The notes under the pieces: generated by a model | The model's input: only the letters and a program-made list of their open reading frames with translations | Database searches by the model: none | Told to the model about the DNA's origin: nothing | From: Pirellula staleyi DSM 6068 | GTDB taxonomy: Bacteria > Planctomycetota > Planctomycetia > Pirellulales > Pirellulaceae | DNA length: 32,000 nt | NCBI GenBank assembly: GCA_000025185.1 | Contig: CP001848.1 | Span: 5,580,001-5,612,000 of the forward strand | Direction of reading: 5' to 3' | Part shown: positions 7,101-19,653 of the stretch, piece after piece | Numbering within the stretch: the stretch's first letter is position 1 | Layout: every line of letters starts with the position of its first letter | Made by a program: the position numbers and the translations under genes

Positions 7101-7321
7101 TTTGTAGGTTGGCCAAGCCGTAGCCTGCCTCATTTCTGAGCTCACGGCATCACCCCATATCCCCTTGCGCAGACCTCCCTGCCCTTCTCTTCTCACTATT
7201 CTCTCGACTTACCCTATCGGGGGCGAAGCGGGGCGTCGCCCCTGTCCCTTGCTGGCGGGGCGCGGCATAATACAGGATTCACCAAAAATTGCCCCGAGCA
7301 GCCGACCAGGGAGGCATGTGA

Positions 7322-10208
<2,887 letters not shown>

Positions 10209-10476
10209 TGCCGTGCATCCGGAAGCTGGATCGATCTTCCTTTCATCACAGCGACTTGAGTAGCCAGTGTGCTGCTCAAGTCACAGAAGCCTAGCCGATC
10301 AAAAGATCGTTATTTCTAGGCAAAAACAAAGATTCTGCCCCAAGTCAACGGGACACAGAATCTTCCAAAACAGAATGCTCGAGCCGCGCGAAACTGCCGA
10401 TAGATAGTTCCCGCAGCAGCACCACCCCGCGAGACAGAACAACACGAATCAGGTTGAGTCGGGAGCGATTGGCGAG

Positions 10477-10514
10477 ACGGCAGAGAGTGATTCCTCTGCC
10501 GTTTCTCGTTTCTT
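10477..10514 (+). terminator. Intrinsic terminator, plus-strand orientation
   Basis: ACGGCAGAG (10477-10485), agtgattc loop, CTCTGCCGT (10494-10502), then TTCTCGTTTCTT. It lies 269 nt downstream of the nearest + strand stop codon. On the minus strand there is no U-tail. Confidence 0.6.
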
Positions 10515-10533
10515 GAGAGTGCGAAGCGACACG

Positions 10534-11637
10534 CTAAGCCACCTCAACAACACGCGGGCCGAGCACGTCGAACTTCGGCTCGATACCCAAACCAACGCTG
10601 GTTGAAGCACGCATAAAACCTTGCTCGCGATGCGGCGCATGATGCGCTGTGCTAACAGTCACATAGCTGTTGAAATCGGTGCTTGTGAAGCGAAATTCTT
10701 CGGGTGTACTGTGCGCGAGATGAGCAATCGCTGCCGTAGTAATGTCGCCACCCCAACTATCCTCAAGCGTCATCGCGATTCCCATACTGACGCACATATC
10801 GCGCACCTGACGAGTCTTTGTGAGGCCACCCAGCTTGCTGATCTTCAGGTTCACACAATCCATCGCCAAATCACCTTTCGCGCGCATCAGCATTTCGAGC
10901 GAATCGATGTTCTCATCCAAGATAAACGGGTGATCGGTCAAACGTCGTACGGCCAGACATTCTTCGTACGTCAAGCAAGGCTGCTCGATGTAGACATCAA
11001 GCCCCTTCACCGCTCGCACGACGCGCACCGCTTCGTGCTGCGTCCAGCCGGTATTGGCATCAGCTACTAATCGATCCGACGGCGCGAGCATCGCGCGGAC
11101 CGCATGAATGCGCTCGATATCCGTATCGGGATCACCACCCACCTTCAGCTGAAATCGTGTATAGCCTTCGTTCTTATAGCCCGTTACTTTTTTGGCCATC
11201 TGCTCGGGAGACTCTTGCGAAATCGCGCGATAGAGTCGCACCTTCTCGCCGTAGCGACCACCAAGCAGTTGGCAAACGGGAAGCCCCGCCACTTTGCCCA
11301 GGATATCCCAGCAAGCGATATCGATTCCCGACTTCACGTACGGATGCCCTTTGAGCGCGGCGTCCATGCGATGGTTCAGTTTGCTGATCTCACGTGGATC
11401 CCAGCCGATCAGATGGGGACCGAGTTCCTTCAGACCAGCGCGAACGCCATCGGCGTAGGCGGGCAAGTAGAACGGACCTAGCGGACAAACTTCGCCAAAG
11501 CCGGTGATTCCGGCATCGGTTTCGATTCCGACAATCGTGCTATCGAAAACAGAGACCGACTTTCCTCCCGACCATTTGTAAGTTCCTTCATGCAGGGGAA
11601 GTTCAACGCGGTGAGCAAAGATTTTCGTGATCTTCAC
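10534..11637 (-). CDS. Enolase-superfamily enzyme, mandelate racemase / muconate lactonizing enzyme family
   Basis: [15 protein letters not shown].. N-terminal capping domain, [50 protein letters not shown] (metal ligands and catalytic Lys positions of MR/MLE barrels). GTG at 11637 gives a typical ~367 aa protein. The track ORF extends to 11805 with a non-homologous-looking leader. Confidence 0.8.
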   Translation of the reverse strand: MKITKIFAHRVELPLHEGTYKWSGGKSVSVFDSTIVGIETDAGITGFGEVCPLGPFYLPAYADGVRAGLKELGPHLIGWDPREISKLNHRMDAALKGHPYVKSGIDIACWDILGKVAGLPVCQLLGGRYGEKVRLYRAISQESPEQMAKKVTGYKNEGYTRFQLKVGGDPDTDIERIHAVRAMLAPSDRLVADANTGWTQHEAVRVVRAVKGLDVYIEQPCLTYEECLAVRRLTDHPFILDENIDSLEMLMRAKGDLAMDCVNLKISKLGGLTKTRQVRDMCVSMGIAMTLEDSWGGDITTAAIAHLAHSTPEEFRFTSTDFNSYVTVSTAHHAPHREQGFMRASTSVGLGIEPKFDVLGPRVVEVA

Positions 11638-11841
11638 AGCTGTATCTCGTGGGGCTGGAGCGGGGCGTGATTCGTGGCAGCTTAGCTGAAGCAAGTTTGC
11701 AATTTTAGTCCCCGCGAGCGCATCGAAGTAGAAGGTACGAAAGTTGTTGACCGCGCTCGCTCGGGCAGTAAGACTGGTAGCAAATCCCCACCGCTGCCCC
11801 CTCACAAAAATTCCCCGTTTTCGATTGAATCGACCTGTCCG

Positions 11842-14172
11842 ATGACGTTATTTCGCTTGTTTCGCGACTGTTTCACAGCCACCACCCTGCTGGGTGCGAT
11901 GCTGGGAGCAGTGCGCGCCAGCGAGGCTGATGAGGATGCCACCTGGAAAGTGGTTTTCGATCGCGGAGCGACGCAAGCGATTGCCGCGCCAGCCGCGTGG
12001 CCCGTTCCGGGACAGCCGATGTCGATCGCCGGGAAACAGCCGAGCGATCCTCGGGAGCCGATTCGGCTCCTTGCGACACCTCGTCGACTCGACCGCTGCG
12101 AAGTGCCGCACATCGAACTCGCCAATGGGGATATTGTCCCTGGCTGGCCGCAGAAATTGGTGGCCGGTTCCCCCGGGGCGATTCCGCGCGTCGAAGTGCT
12201 CCTCGAGAGTGGCATCGAAGCGCTCGGTGGTCCCACATTGCCGGTGCGTGTCGACCGGATCAAGCGTCTGTCGCAGCGTGCCAGTGCAATTGCGACCACT
12301 CGGGAGCCAGGCTCGATTGAAACACACGATGGCCACGTTTTTATTCCTCGCTCGGTGCGGTGGCGCGAGTATGGTTTGTCGATTCTTACCGCCGATGGTG
12401 TGACCGAAATCCCCTACACCGAGATTGCGGAAGCGACGTTTCCCTCGGCAAGCGAGTCCGACGCGCTGCTCGACGATTGTCAGGCCACCAACGATCCCGA
12501 GGCGCTCGTGCATCGCTACAGCCTTGTGGGTGGCGGCGTGCTGACCGCTTCGCAAGTCAGTCGCGAAGTGCAGCGCTCGCGGCGGCGAGGCAAAACTGAC
12601 TTGATGATTTATTACTACGTGCAGCCCGCTTGGAGCATCGAGCCGCTGGTGATCACCGAGTCACAAATTGTGGCGTGTGGCTATCGCCTAGGGAATGAAG
12701 TCCCGGCGTCGCTGCTCGCGACCGAGCGATTCGTGCATCAGCCAGCCGTTGGAGCCAGCGCTGGCCTGACAAAAAATCGGGACATCGATTTTCAGCGACT
12801 CGCCAGTCGCGAGCGCGAAGCCGATCTTGCGATTGTGTCGCGATCGCATAGCGAGTGGGAAGTCGTCGTGCCACCACATGCAGCGACGTTTCGTGCGAGC
12901 CTCGCAATCGAACGCTCGCAGGCCGATGGAGGCTGCGTGAAGTGCCGTGTTGAAGGACGTCCCGCGAAAACCGATACCGGTAGCGATCAACCTGCAGATC
13001 ACGAGCCTTCCTGGAAAGTACTCTGGACCAGCGACTTTCTGCTGGGATCGAGCGCGCCGATCGATACCGGTGCTATTGAAATCCAAGGGATGGAAGCGAT
13101 TCGGCTCGTTACACTCACAGCTCACGACGACCGCCCCGCGAATGCCGACCCGCTCGACATTCGCGATGCCGTGATTTGGATGGAGCCTCAATTTGCTCTC
13201 GATCACGCTGCGAGTCAAAGCAGTTCTCTGGCGCAGCTGCTTGGCCTTCCTCTTCCGTGGAAGCTTGTTTCGAGCGACGCGGCTCCATTTTCACTACGCA
13301 ATCGTTGGAACGATCTTCAGCAGCGCTGGGACCGCGTGGTGCAGCTCAAGAAGGGTGAAACGATCGAACTACGCGCGAGCACAACCGTGCGACTCGATAG
13401 CGACGTACTCGAACTCCTCACAGCAGCCCCGCGTGAAATTGGCGAGCACAACTTCGATCTCTTCATCAATGGAAAACATCTCCCGTGGTATGTCAGCAGT
13501 GATCGCGAGCAGCTGCGCGCGACCTTGGCACGCTATCGCAGCGGCACCTTTCAGCTGAAGCGGCAGTACGATCGATCGCTCCCCGTCACATCGGACCAAG
13601 TGGCCTACTGGTGGGACCTCAGTCCGTTTCAAGGCCAAACGGTCGAACTGAAACTTGTGATACCGGGGACTGCTTCCACCAGCGAAATAGTTTGGCGTGG
13701 TCTCTCGCAGCGTTCCACGGTCATCGGCAAACGCGACGCTGGCCAAAAGTTTATCGAGCCCATGGTGCTTCTCGAATCAATGCCGCTGCTGCATGCAAGT
13801 GCCGACCGAGGACGCTCTGCTCCCACCGCTGGCACACTTCCGCGGCGCAAGGAGAACGAGATTCGTTTCCTCGGACAAATTTGGGAAGGTGGCTATGGAA
13901 TGACGCGCGGCAGTCGCCTCCGAGTTGCCATCGACCCGAGCTTCAAAACATTCGTCGCTGTCGTGGGATGCTGCGAGCAATCGTGCAGTCCGCTGCGGAT
14001 CCTGGTCGATGGTCAAGTCCGCTGGAGTGCCGAGGGAATGACGCAGTTCGATGCTGCCCGGCAAGTGCAGATCGATCTTCCTCCCGGGAGTCGCGAGCTC
14101 ACGCTCGAAGTCGGTTCCGATGGTGGCTACGATTCGTTCGCAGCGTTTGCCCAGGCCGGTTTCACGAAGTAA
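11842..14172 (+). CDS. Secreted protein with two NPCBM/NEW2-like modules
   Basis: Signal-like N-terminus [29 protein letters not shown]. The C-terminus [88 protein letters not shown] fits the NPCBM pattern. A similar module lies at [62 protein letters not shown]. Confidence 0.65.
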   Translation: MTLFRLFRDCFTATTLLGAMLGAVRASEADEDATWKVVFDRGATQAIAAPAAWPVPGQPMSIAGKQPSDPREPIRLLATPRRLDRCEVPHIELANGDIVPGWPQKLVAGSPGAIPRVEVLLESGIEALGGPTLPVRVDRIKRLSQRASAIATTREPGSIETHDGHVFIPRSVRWREYGLSILTADGVTEIPYTEIAEATFPSASESDALLDDCQATNDPEALVHRYSLVGGGVLTASQVSREVQRSRRRGKTDLMIYYYVQPAWSIEPLVITESQIVACGYRLGNEVPASLLATERFVHQPAVGASAGLTKNRDIDFQRLASREREADLAIVSRSHSEWEVVVPPHAATFRASLAIERSQADGGCVKCRVEGRPAKTDTGSDQPADHEPSWKVLWTSDFLLGSSAPIDTGAIEIQGMEAIRLVTLTAHDDRPANADPLDIRDAVIWMEPQFALDHAASQSSSLAQLLGLPLPWKLVSSDAAPFSLRNRWNDLQQRWDRVVQLKKGETIELRASTTVRLDSDVLELLTAAPREIGEHNFDLFINGKHLPWYVSSDREQLRATLARYRSGTFQLKRQYDRSLPVTSDQVAYWWDLSPFQGQTVELKLVIPGTASTSEIVWRGLSQRSTVIGKRDAGQKFIEPMVLLESMPLLHASADRGRSAPTAGTLPRRKENEIRFLGQIWEGGYGMTRGSRLRVAIDPSFKTFVAVVGCCEQSCSPLRILVDGQVRWSAEGMTQFDAARQVQIDLPPGSRELTLEVGSDGGYDSFAAFAQAGFTK

Positions 14173-14224
14173 CTGGCGACCGGACGGCGTCGCTTAAACT
14201 CTGCGGATTCTTCAGCGGCGCATG

Positions 14225-14280
14225 AAAAAAGCCCTACCAAATTAGCCTTCTCGGCCGATCTGGTAGGGCTCGCAGTTTTT
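14225..14280. terminator. Bidirectional intrinsic terminator between convergent genes
   Basis: AAAAAA, then GCCCTACCA (14231-14239), a 21-nt loop, TGGTAGGGC (14261-14269), then tcgcagTTTTT. On the minus strand the stem is followed directly by TTTTTT, a strong terminator for 14337..14840. The plus-strand T-run is offset by 6 nt and is weaker. Confidence 0.75.
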
Positions 14281-14336
14281 CGCAATCAGGGGCGTGAGGC
14301 CCCATCGATTAGCAACCTCAAGGGAAGCCAAATTAG

Positions 14337-14840
14337 TTAGGCGTCCTTCTTCTTTTTCTTGCCACCGAGGCCAACTTTGGCCTTCTGTTCGGGGGTCAGG
14401 ACTTCAGCAACAGCGGCTGTGAAGGCTGCTTGAGCTTCCTTGAGCGACTTTTCGGCATCGGCCATTTTGGTCTTCTGTTCATCGGTCAGGTTGAGAGCGG
14501 CGCTGACAGCTTCAGCAGCTTCTTTCCCCTTCTTGCCAGCAGCTTTGGCTTCCTTCGAAGCGGTGGCCTTGGCCTTCTTTTGTTCGGGAGTGAGGAGGCT
14601 GGCAACCGCCTCGTTGGCTTCCTTCAGCTTCGGAGCATGCTTCTCAGCAATCTCCTTGATCTTCCCCTTCTGGTCGTCCGAGAGTTCAGCTGCTTCCAGC
14701 TTCTTCATCATGGCGGCCGTTGGGTCTGGGGCACCCTTCTTTTTCTTTTCGGCCTTTCCTTCTTCGGCACCGATCGCCACAGCGACCATGCCCAGGATAC
14801 AACCTGCAATCACAACCTTCGAGAAGAACGAATTCATCAT
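14337..14840 (-). CDS. Periplasmic LTXXQ-repeat protein (Spy/CpxP-like)
   Basis: ATG at 14840 (GGAG RBS about 13 nt upstream). Signal peptide MMNSFFSKVVIAGCILGMVAVAIGA. Four L(S/T)xxQK motifs (LSDDQK, LTPEQK, LTDEQK, LTPEQK) in a Lys/Ala/Glu-rich helical sequence. The track ORF extends to 14906. Confidence 0.75.
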   Translation of the reverse strand: MMNSFFSKVVIAGCILGMVAVAIGAEEGKAEKKKKGAPDPTAAMMKKLEAAELSDDQKGKIKEIAEKHAPKLKEANEAVASLLTPEQKKAKATASKEAKAAGKKGKEAAEAVSAALNLTDEQKTKMADAEKSLKEAQAAFTAAVAEVLTPEQKAKVGLGGKKKKKDA

Positions 14841-15259
14841 GTAACCAAACTCCAAAATCGAGATGCACGGCGAAGAGGTGATGAGTTCTGCTCGGCGCAG
14901 GGGCACCGGCAGAGGCTCAATGACGTTTGGAAGCCCGTGTGCTGCATGGCCGTGATCGGCAGCGCAATGGCGAAACTTATAAGAAGAGTGACTCTCGATA
15001 AGCTATCTACCTAGATGCTTATCCCTCGGCAATTATTTGCACGCTTCTGGCGCTCAGATCGCGGCAAGTGCAAGATTAGTGACGGCGAGTATTCTTTACT
15101 CGGCGACAAGGCTCCCACTTCGATTAGTCGTAGGGGAGCAGATTCAGTGCGTCCTCGTTGGGGCGCTGCTGAGCGGGGAGCGGCGAGCATGTCGCGACTC
15201 CCCTCAACATTAGTGAAGATATTGAGTGAATATCTGGGCGAATGAAGCAGAAAAGTCGC

Positions 15260-16564
15260 TTACGACAAGAGCTGCTTGATCGGACTACCATCGCGCACAA
15301 TCGTGATGGGGCGGCCGGTGTTGGTGTGATATTCCATCGTGTGATCGATGCCGAGCACATGATAGAACGTGGCGGCAGCATCGTCGGGAGTGATCGCTTC
15401 GTTCTTTGGCATCGTTGCCTTCTCGTCGCTCTCTCCCACCACTTGTCCACCCTTGATACCACCACCCGCCATCAGCATGAACATGCAGCGTGGATAGTGG
15501 TCGCGACCACCTTCGGCCGAACGGGTGTTGATCTTGGGGGTACGTCCGAATTCACCAGTGACGAAGACTGCGGTCGTCTCGAGCAACCCTTTTTCGTCGA
15601 GACCTTTGAGCAGTGCCGCAAGGCCGGTGTCGAGCGAAGGCAGGTTCTTGGTCTTGAGCTTGGTGAAGTTGTCGGTGTGCGTATCCCAGCCACCTAAACT
15701 GAGCGAGACAAAGCGAACACCCGACTCGATCAGCCGCGTGGCGAGCAAGCAGCTTTGACCGAACGGTTCAGCACCGAACGGCTCGGCAAACTTGGGCGAT
15801 TCCTTGCTGACATCGAAGGCATCGCGAGCCCGCTTGCTGGTGATGATCGCGTGAGCTTGTTCGCTGAAACGGTCGAGACCTGTGAGGAGCTGGCTGTTCG
15901 ACTCGACCGTCGCAAAGGTGCGATCGAGGTCTTGCAGCAGTGATTGACGACGCTCTACCTCTTCGACCGTGAGGCCGTTGCCGAGCGAGATACCACGGAC
16001 GCTAAACGGGCGACCAGGCTGCGGGGTCGAGGTGGTGTTGAGCGGGGCGTATTGCACGCCGAGAAATCCGGGGCGCTGATTGCTGTTGGGAATCGCCACA
16101 AAGGGTGGGAGATCCTTCGGGCCACCCAGTTCCTTGGTCACCACCGAGCCGTAGCCAGGATACTCGAGCGATGGGATTGGGCGGTTACCAGTGTTGACAT
16201 ACTCGGTGCCAAGTTCGTGAGCGCCGAGCGTGTGGCTCACGCCGCGCAGAATCGCGAACTTATCGGCGCACGTTGCCAGCTTGGGGAGATGCTCGCAGAA
16301 CTCCACCCCAGCCACGTTGGTTTTGATCGGATTGAACGTGCCACGATACTCGGTCGGAGCATCTGGCTTCAGATCGAAGGTGTCCATGTGCGAGGGACCA
16401 CCTGGCAGGTTGATGAAGATGGCCGACGTCGCGGTCGCCTTCTTACTCAGTTGACCTGCCGCAGCGAGCTGCAAGTAGCCCGACAAACTGAGGCTCACTC
16501 CGAGTGCGCCAACTTTGAGGAAATCGCGGCGACGCATTCCATCGCAAGTGATGCTGACTGCCAT
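15260..16564 (-). CDS. DUF1501 domain protein (sulfatase-like fold, Tat signal)
   Basis: MAVSITCDGMRRRDFLKVGALG is the typical CDG..RRDFL Tat-type N-terminus of DUF1501 proteins, with an AAGGAAG RBS before ATG 16564. DUF1501-type motifs follow (GGPSHMDTFDLKP, GGWDTH, TGEFGRTP..GRDH). The track ORF extends to 16711. Confidence 0.9.
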   Translation of the reverse strand: MAVSITCDGMRRRDFLKVGALGVSLSLSGYLQLAAAGQLSKKATATSAIFINLPGGPSHMDTFDLKPDAPTEYRGTFNPIKTNVAGVEFCEHLPKLATCADKFAILRGVSHTLGAHELGTEYVNTGNRPIPSLEYPGYGSVVTKELGGPKDLPPFVAIPNSNQRPGFLGVQYAPLNTTSTPQPGRPFSVRGISLGNGLTVEEVERRQSLLQDLDRTFATVESNSQLLTGLDRFSEQAHAIITSKRARDAFDVSKESPKFAEPFGAEPFGQSCLLATRLIESGVRFVSLSLGGWDTHTDNFTKLKTKNLPSLDTGLAALLKGLDEKGLLETTAVFVTGEFGRTPKINTRSAEGGRDHYPRCMFMLMAGGGIKGGQVVGESDEKATMPKNEAITPDDAAATFYHVLGIDHTMEYHTNTGRPITIVRDGSPIKQLLS

Positions 16565-16741
16565 AATCGGAACTTCCTTCGACAAATACTGGAGAGAGGG
16601 AGTGAACGGTTGGTACGACGCGACAAGGTTCTCGGGCATGGAGCCCGAAAGCCTATCGGCTCGCAGACTCTGGTTTTTAGGAGGCAGCAGCGACACGGTG
16701 TAAAGTGTCACTGCGGAGCCACTCGGGGAATTCAGTGTGTG

Positions 16742-19456
16742 TTAGCGATTGACGATGAACTCTTTGGTGTTCACGAGCGTCCATAGCAAACCCTTGACCC
16801 CTTCGATCTGCGAAGGAGAATCGGCGATGAACTGCAAGCAACGCTTCATTTCTTCGTCGGTCGGAGGTCGGCTGACGGTACGCAAGTAAACCTGACGGAC
16901 TACTTCCTCGGGTTTCAGCACCAGCGGAGCAGCGTCGGACTTATCGCCTTCTTTCGCGGGGAGCAACTTTTTCAGCTCAGCGATCCGCTCTTCAATGCGC
17001 TCAACCTGCTTCTCATCGTCGGCCTTCTTCGCGCGATCGAGCCGCACCTTCATGCGGGCCAGCTCTTTCGAAGCTTCTTCCGCCTTCACCTCGCTCCCAT
17101 CCGTTAGCTTTTTGCTTGTCTTCGAAAGCTGTTCGATCCAGCTGTCGCGAGCACCTTCGATGGCGGCGAGTACCGAGGTATCGTTCTGCAGATAAACGGT
17201 TTGCAGCAGGCTGCTTTCCATCGAGCGATCGCAGTCGCAATTGCTTTCGCGAATCGAGCGGCCGAAGACTTGCAGAGCAAAGCCGGCTGGATTGTTGTTC
17301 GAACGGGCCGAAGCACCAGGAATCGCGGTGGCACGGCCTTTGAGTTCGGTGAGCATCGAGGCGGCCTTCGTATCCGAAGCGGTCGCGGTGATGAGCGCAT
17401 CGTAGGCGACTTCTGCAGGCAGACGACGTGGCACCGCGCGGGCGAAGTTACGTTCGTCCTTCGCGTTGGTCTCGTTCGTTTGCCAGCTGAGTTGATAGGT
17501 GCGGCTGCTCAAAATTTCGCGATGGAGCCACTTCATATCGAAGTTGTGCTCGATGAAACCTTGAGCCAAGTAGTCGAGCAGCGGCTTATTGCTCGGTGGG
17601 TTGGCCAAACTGAGATCATCGGGTGGCTGAACGATACCGACGTTAAAATAATTAGCCCACACGCGATTCACGAAGGCTTTGGCGAAGTAGGGATTTTCCT
17701 TCGAGCGGAGCCAGTGCATCAGCGGCTCGCGGGTGTCGGTCAGTTTATCGAGATCGAGATCTTCACCACCGAGCACACGAGCCGAAACCATCACCGCCTC
17801 TTCACCGGGGCGTGGTTTGCGGCGCTGTGGCGGGGTGATCGACACTTCCGAGAATGGAATCGTTTTCTTTTCCTTCAGCGCCTCGCTATAGATTTTACGA
17901 GCATCGTTATTGTTCACGCGACCTTCGGGAAACCCGAGCGATTTCATGATCGCTGCGGTCTCTTCCCGAGCATCACGCGCCCCTTGCTGGGCATACGTGA
18001 CGCGGGTGAAAAACGATTTGAAGGCATCGAAGTCGTTCTTCGACCACTGATCGAACGGATGCTTGTGGCACTGGGCACATTGAATGCGAATGCCGAGGAA
18101 GGTGTAGGCAAAACCGATCGCCTTTTCTTCGGGCTGACGAATGTTATTGCGCGACCAGTAGTAAGGCATCTCATCGCGCTCGGCTATTTTGAGCCCTGAG
18201 TCGGGATGATAGTACTTGCTCATCTCTTCGCAGTACTCGGTGTAGGTCTGCCCTTCTTTGCGGCTCTTGGCGAGAACAATCCCTTCGACAATTTTGTCGT
18301 AGGACTCGTTCTCGGCCACACGCTTGTAGAGCCAGTCGTACCACTCTTGTGCCGGATTCATTCCGGGTACACCGACATTGTTGAGCTTCGTGTCGTTGTT
18401 GCCGGTGAGATCGCACAGCTTGGTGGTCCACCAAGCGGCGTAGGCAGGAGTCTCAAGCAGTTCGTTGATCTTCTTCTCGCGCTTGTCGGCCGAGCTATCT
18501 GCCAAGAAGGCTTCGACTTCACCAGCAGTAGGAAGCGTTCCGGTGAGATCGAGGCTCACACGGCGTAGGAAGTCGGCGTCGCTGGCCAGGTCCGAGGGTA
18601 CGACACCCAGCTTTCGGAGCTTCTGGATGACAAGTTCATCAACTTTCGTATTGGTAGCTACTTGAGGATAGTTGTCGCCATACTTAGGAGAGACAGGGCG
18701 AATCACAGGGACTGGAATGACTGCCGAATCGTAGAACACCACGACATGCGTGTCGCCTGGATCGGTGGCGGTGACGAGTCCGAGTTCGGTGATCTTGGCG
18801 ACTTGATCGCTGTTGCTTTGAAAGCGGCAAAGTGGCGTGACATCTTCGCGCGATCCATCGGCCCACACGGCGATCGCTTTCAGCTGAACTTGTTCGCCTG
18901 ACTGGCTAAACAGGATTTCGCTGGGAGTGATTTCGAGGGCTGTTAGCTTTTGAACCTGCTTGGTGTCGAACTTGGCACCACCTTCGACCCAGCGGCGAAA
19001 GAGGTGATATTCCCAGCTACCTTTGGCGTATCGCTGGCCACCTTCGTGCATTTCCTCGTCGGTGGGCTTGGCGATGATGAGGCTTTCGAGCGGCTTTTCG
19101 ACATTAACGCGAGGACGCTTCTCATCAAGGAGCGCTTTATGATCGGCATCAAAGTCGTAGCCGAAAAGGGAGAGCCGGAAATCGCCCCGACCTTGGAACG
19201 ATCCGTGACAACTGCGACCGTTGCATCCGAGACGTCCAAACAGCGGACTGACGTGCTTCTGGAAATCGGGGATCTCGGTGACATCTTCGTTTTGGTAGCG
19301 CTCGACGACCGTCGGCTGTACATCGGTGCTTGCAGCAGTGGCGGGAGCGTCGGCTTTAGCAGCCGAGACATCTTCGGCTGCATTGCTAGAGAGCAGCGAG
19401 CTGACGAGCAGACCGCAACAAGCAGCGGCAGAGAATAGGTGGCGACCGAGCGACAT
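16742..19456 (-). CDS. DUF1549/DUF1553 (PSCyt/PSD1-type) protein with Big_2 domain
   Basis: ATG 19456 preceded by AGGAG. Signal peptide MSLGRHLFSAAACCGLLVSSLLSSNAAED. LGCNGRSCHGSFQG motif. Big_2-like segment LEITPSEILFSQSGEQVQLKAIAVWADGSREDVT. DUF1549 motif CAQCHKHPFDQW. DUF1553 region with a C-terminal coiled-coil insert and ..LLWTLVNTKEFIVNR end. This is the classic planctomycete partner of the downstream DUF1501 gene. Confidence 0.9.
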   Translation of the reverse strand: MSLGRHLFSAAACCGLLVSSLLSSNAAEDVSAAKADAPATAASTDVQPTVVERYQNEDVTEIPDFQKHVSPLFGRLGCNGRSCHGSFQGRGDFRLSLFGYDFDADHKALLDEKRPRVNVEKPLESLIIAKPTDEEMHEGGQRYAKGSWEYHLFRRWVEGGAKFDTKQVQKLTALEITPSEILFSQSGEQVQLKAIAVWADGSREDVTPLCRFQSNSDQVAKITELGLVTATDPGDTHVVVFYDSAVIPVPVIRPVSPKYGDNYPQVATNTKVDELVIQKLRKLGVVPSDLASDADFLRRVSLDLTGTLPTAGEVEAFLADSSADKREKKINELLETPAYAAWWTTKLCDLTGNNDTKLNNVGVPGMNPAQEWYDWLYKRVAENESYDKIVEGIVLAKSRKEGQTYTEYCEEMSKYYHPDSGLKIAERDEMPYYWSRNNIRQPEEKAIGFAYTFLGIRIQCAQCHKHPFDQWSKNDFDAFKSFFTRVTYAQQGARDAREETAAIMKSLGFPEGRVNNNDARKIYSEALKEKKTIPFSEVSITPPQRRKPRPGEEAVMVSARVLGGEDLDLDKLTDTREPLMHWLRSKENPYFAKAFVNRVWANYFNVGIVQPPDDLSLANPPSNKPLLDYLAQGFIEHNFDMKWLHREILSSRTYQLSWQTNETNAKDERNFARAVPRRLPAEVAYDALITATASDTKAASMLTELKGRATAIPGASARSNNNPAGFALQVFGRSIRESNCDCDRSMESSLLQTVYLQNDTSVLAAIEGARDSWIEQLSKTSKKLTDGSEVKAEEASKELARMKVRLDRAKKADDEKQVERIEERIAELKKLLPAKEGDKSDAAPLVLKPEEVVRQVYLRTVSRPPTDEEMKRCLQFIADSPSQIEGVKGLLWTLVNTKEFIVNR

Positions 19457-19653
19457 CGAGAGACTCCTGGCGAGATCGTTCGAGGCGAGTGGAGAGGGTG
19501 CATCGAGCGGCGGAAGAACCAGCGGAGATACCGCCGGTCCCATCCAACTAGCTAGATGTTTAGGAGCGCGGAAAAATTGTCGGGAAATGGGAAGCGAGCG
19601 ATATTTTTCTGGCAAACCGCCAACTTCGGGGGGAAAGCAAGGTTTACGCGGTA

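Noticed and set aside
7106-7131. GTAGGTTGGCCAAGCCGTAGCCTGCC just after the vapC stop, possibly another REP
   Set aside because: It has a GTAGG head and an internal TTGGCCAA palindrome, but no arms matching family A. It is not a clean hairpin.
7220-7242. Hairpin GGGGCGA-agcggggcg-TCGCCCC about 80 nt upstream of guaB
   Set aside because: It is a single copy in the window, has no T-tract and matches no motif I recognise. The evidence is insufficient to call it a riboswitch, attenuator or repeat.
11638-11805. N-terminal extensions offered by the ORF track (10534..11805, 14337..14906, 15260..16711, 16742..19615, 24791..26422, 26585..27094)
   Set aside because: In each case an internal ATG or GTG is preceded by a purine-rich RBS and coincides with the start of the conserved domain or signal peptide. 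The upstream extension looks non-coding. The shorter models are reported; the longer starts cannot be strictly excluded.
11848-13218. Minus-strand ORFs 11848..12555 and 12688..13218, and plus-strand alternative frames 11894..12403 and 13611..14225
   Set aside because: They overlap the 776-aa NPCBM-like gene, whose frame alone shows a signal peptide and domain-like sequence.
15069-15076. TGCAAGAT half-site of the 27091-27110 palindrome recurring upstream of the LTXXQ gene
   Set aside because: A single 8-mer match is about what chance predicts for 64 kb of two-strand sequence.
15944-18199. Plus-strand ORFs 15944..16786 (280 aa) and 17201..18199 (332 aa)
   Set aside because: They are antisense to the DUF1501 and DUF1549/1553 genes, which carry unmistakable family motifs.
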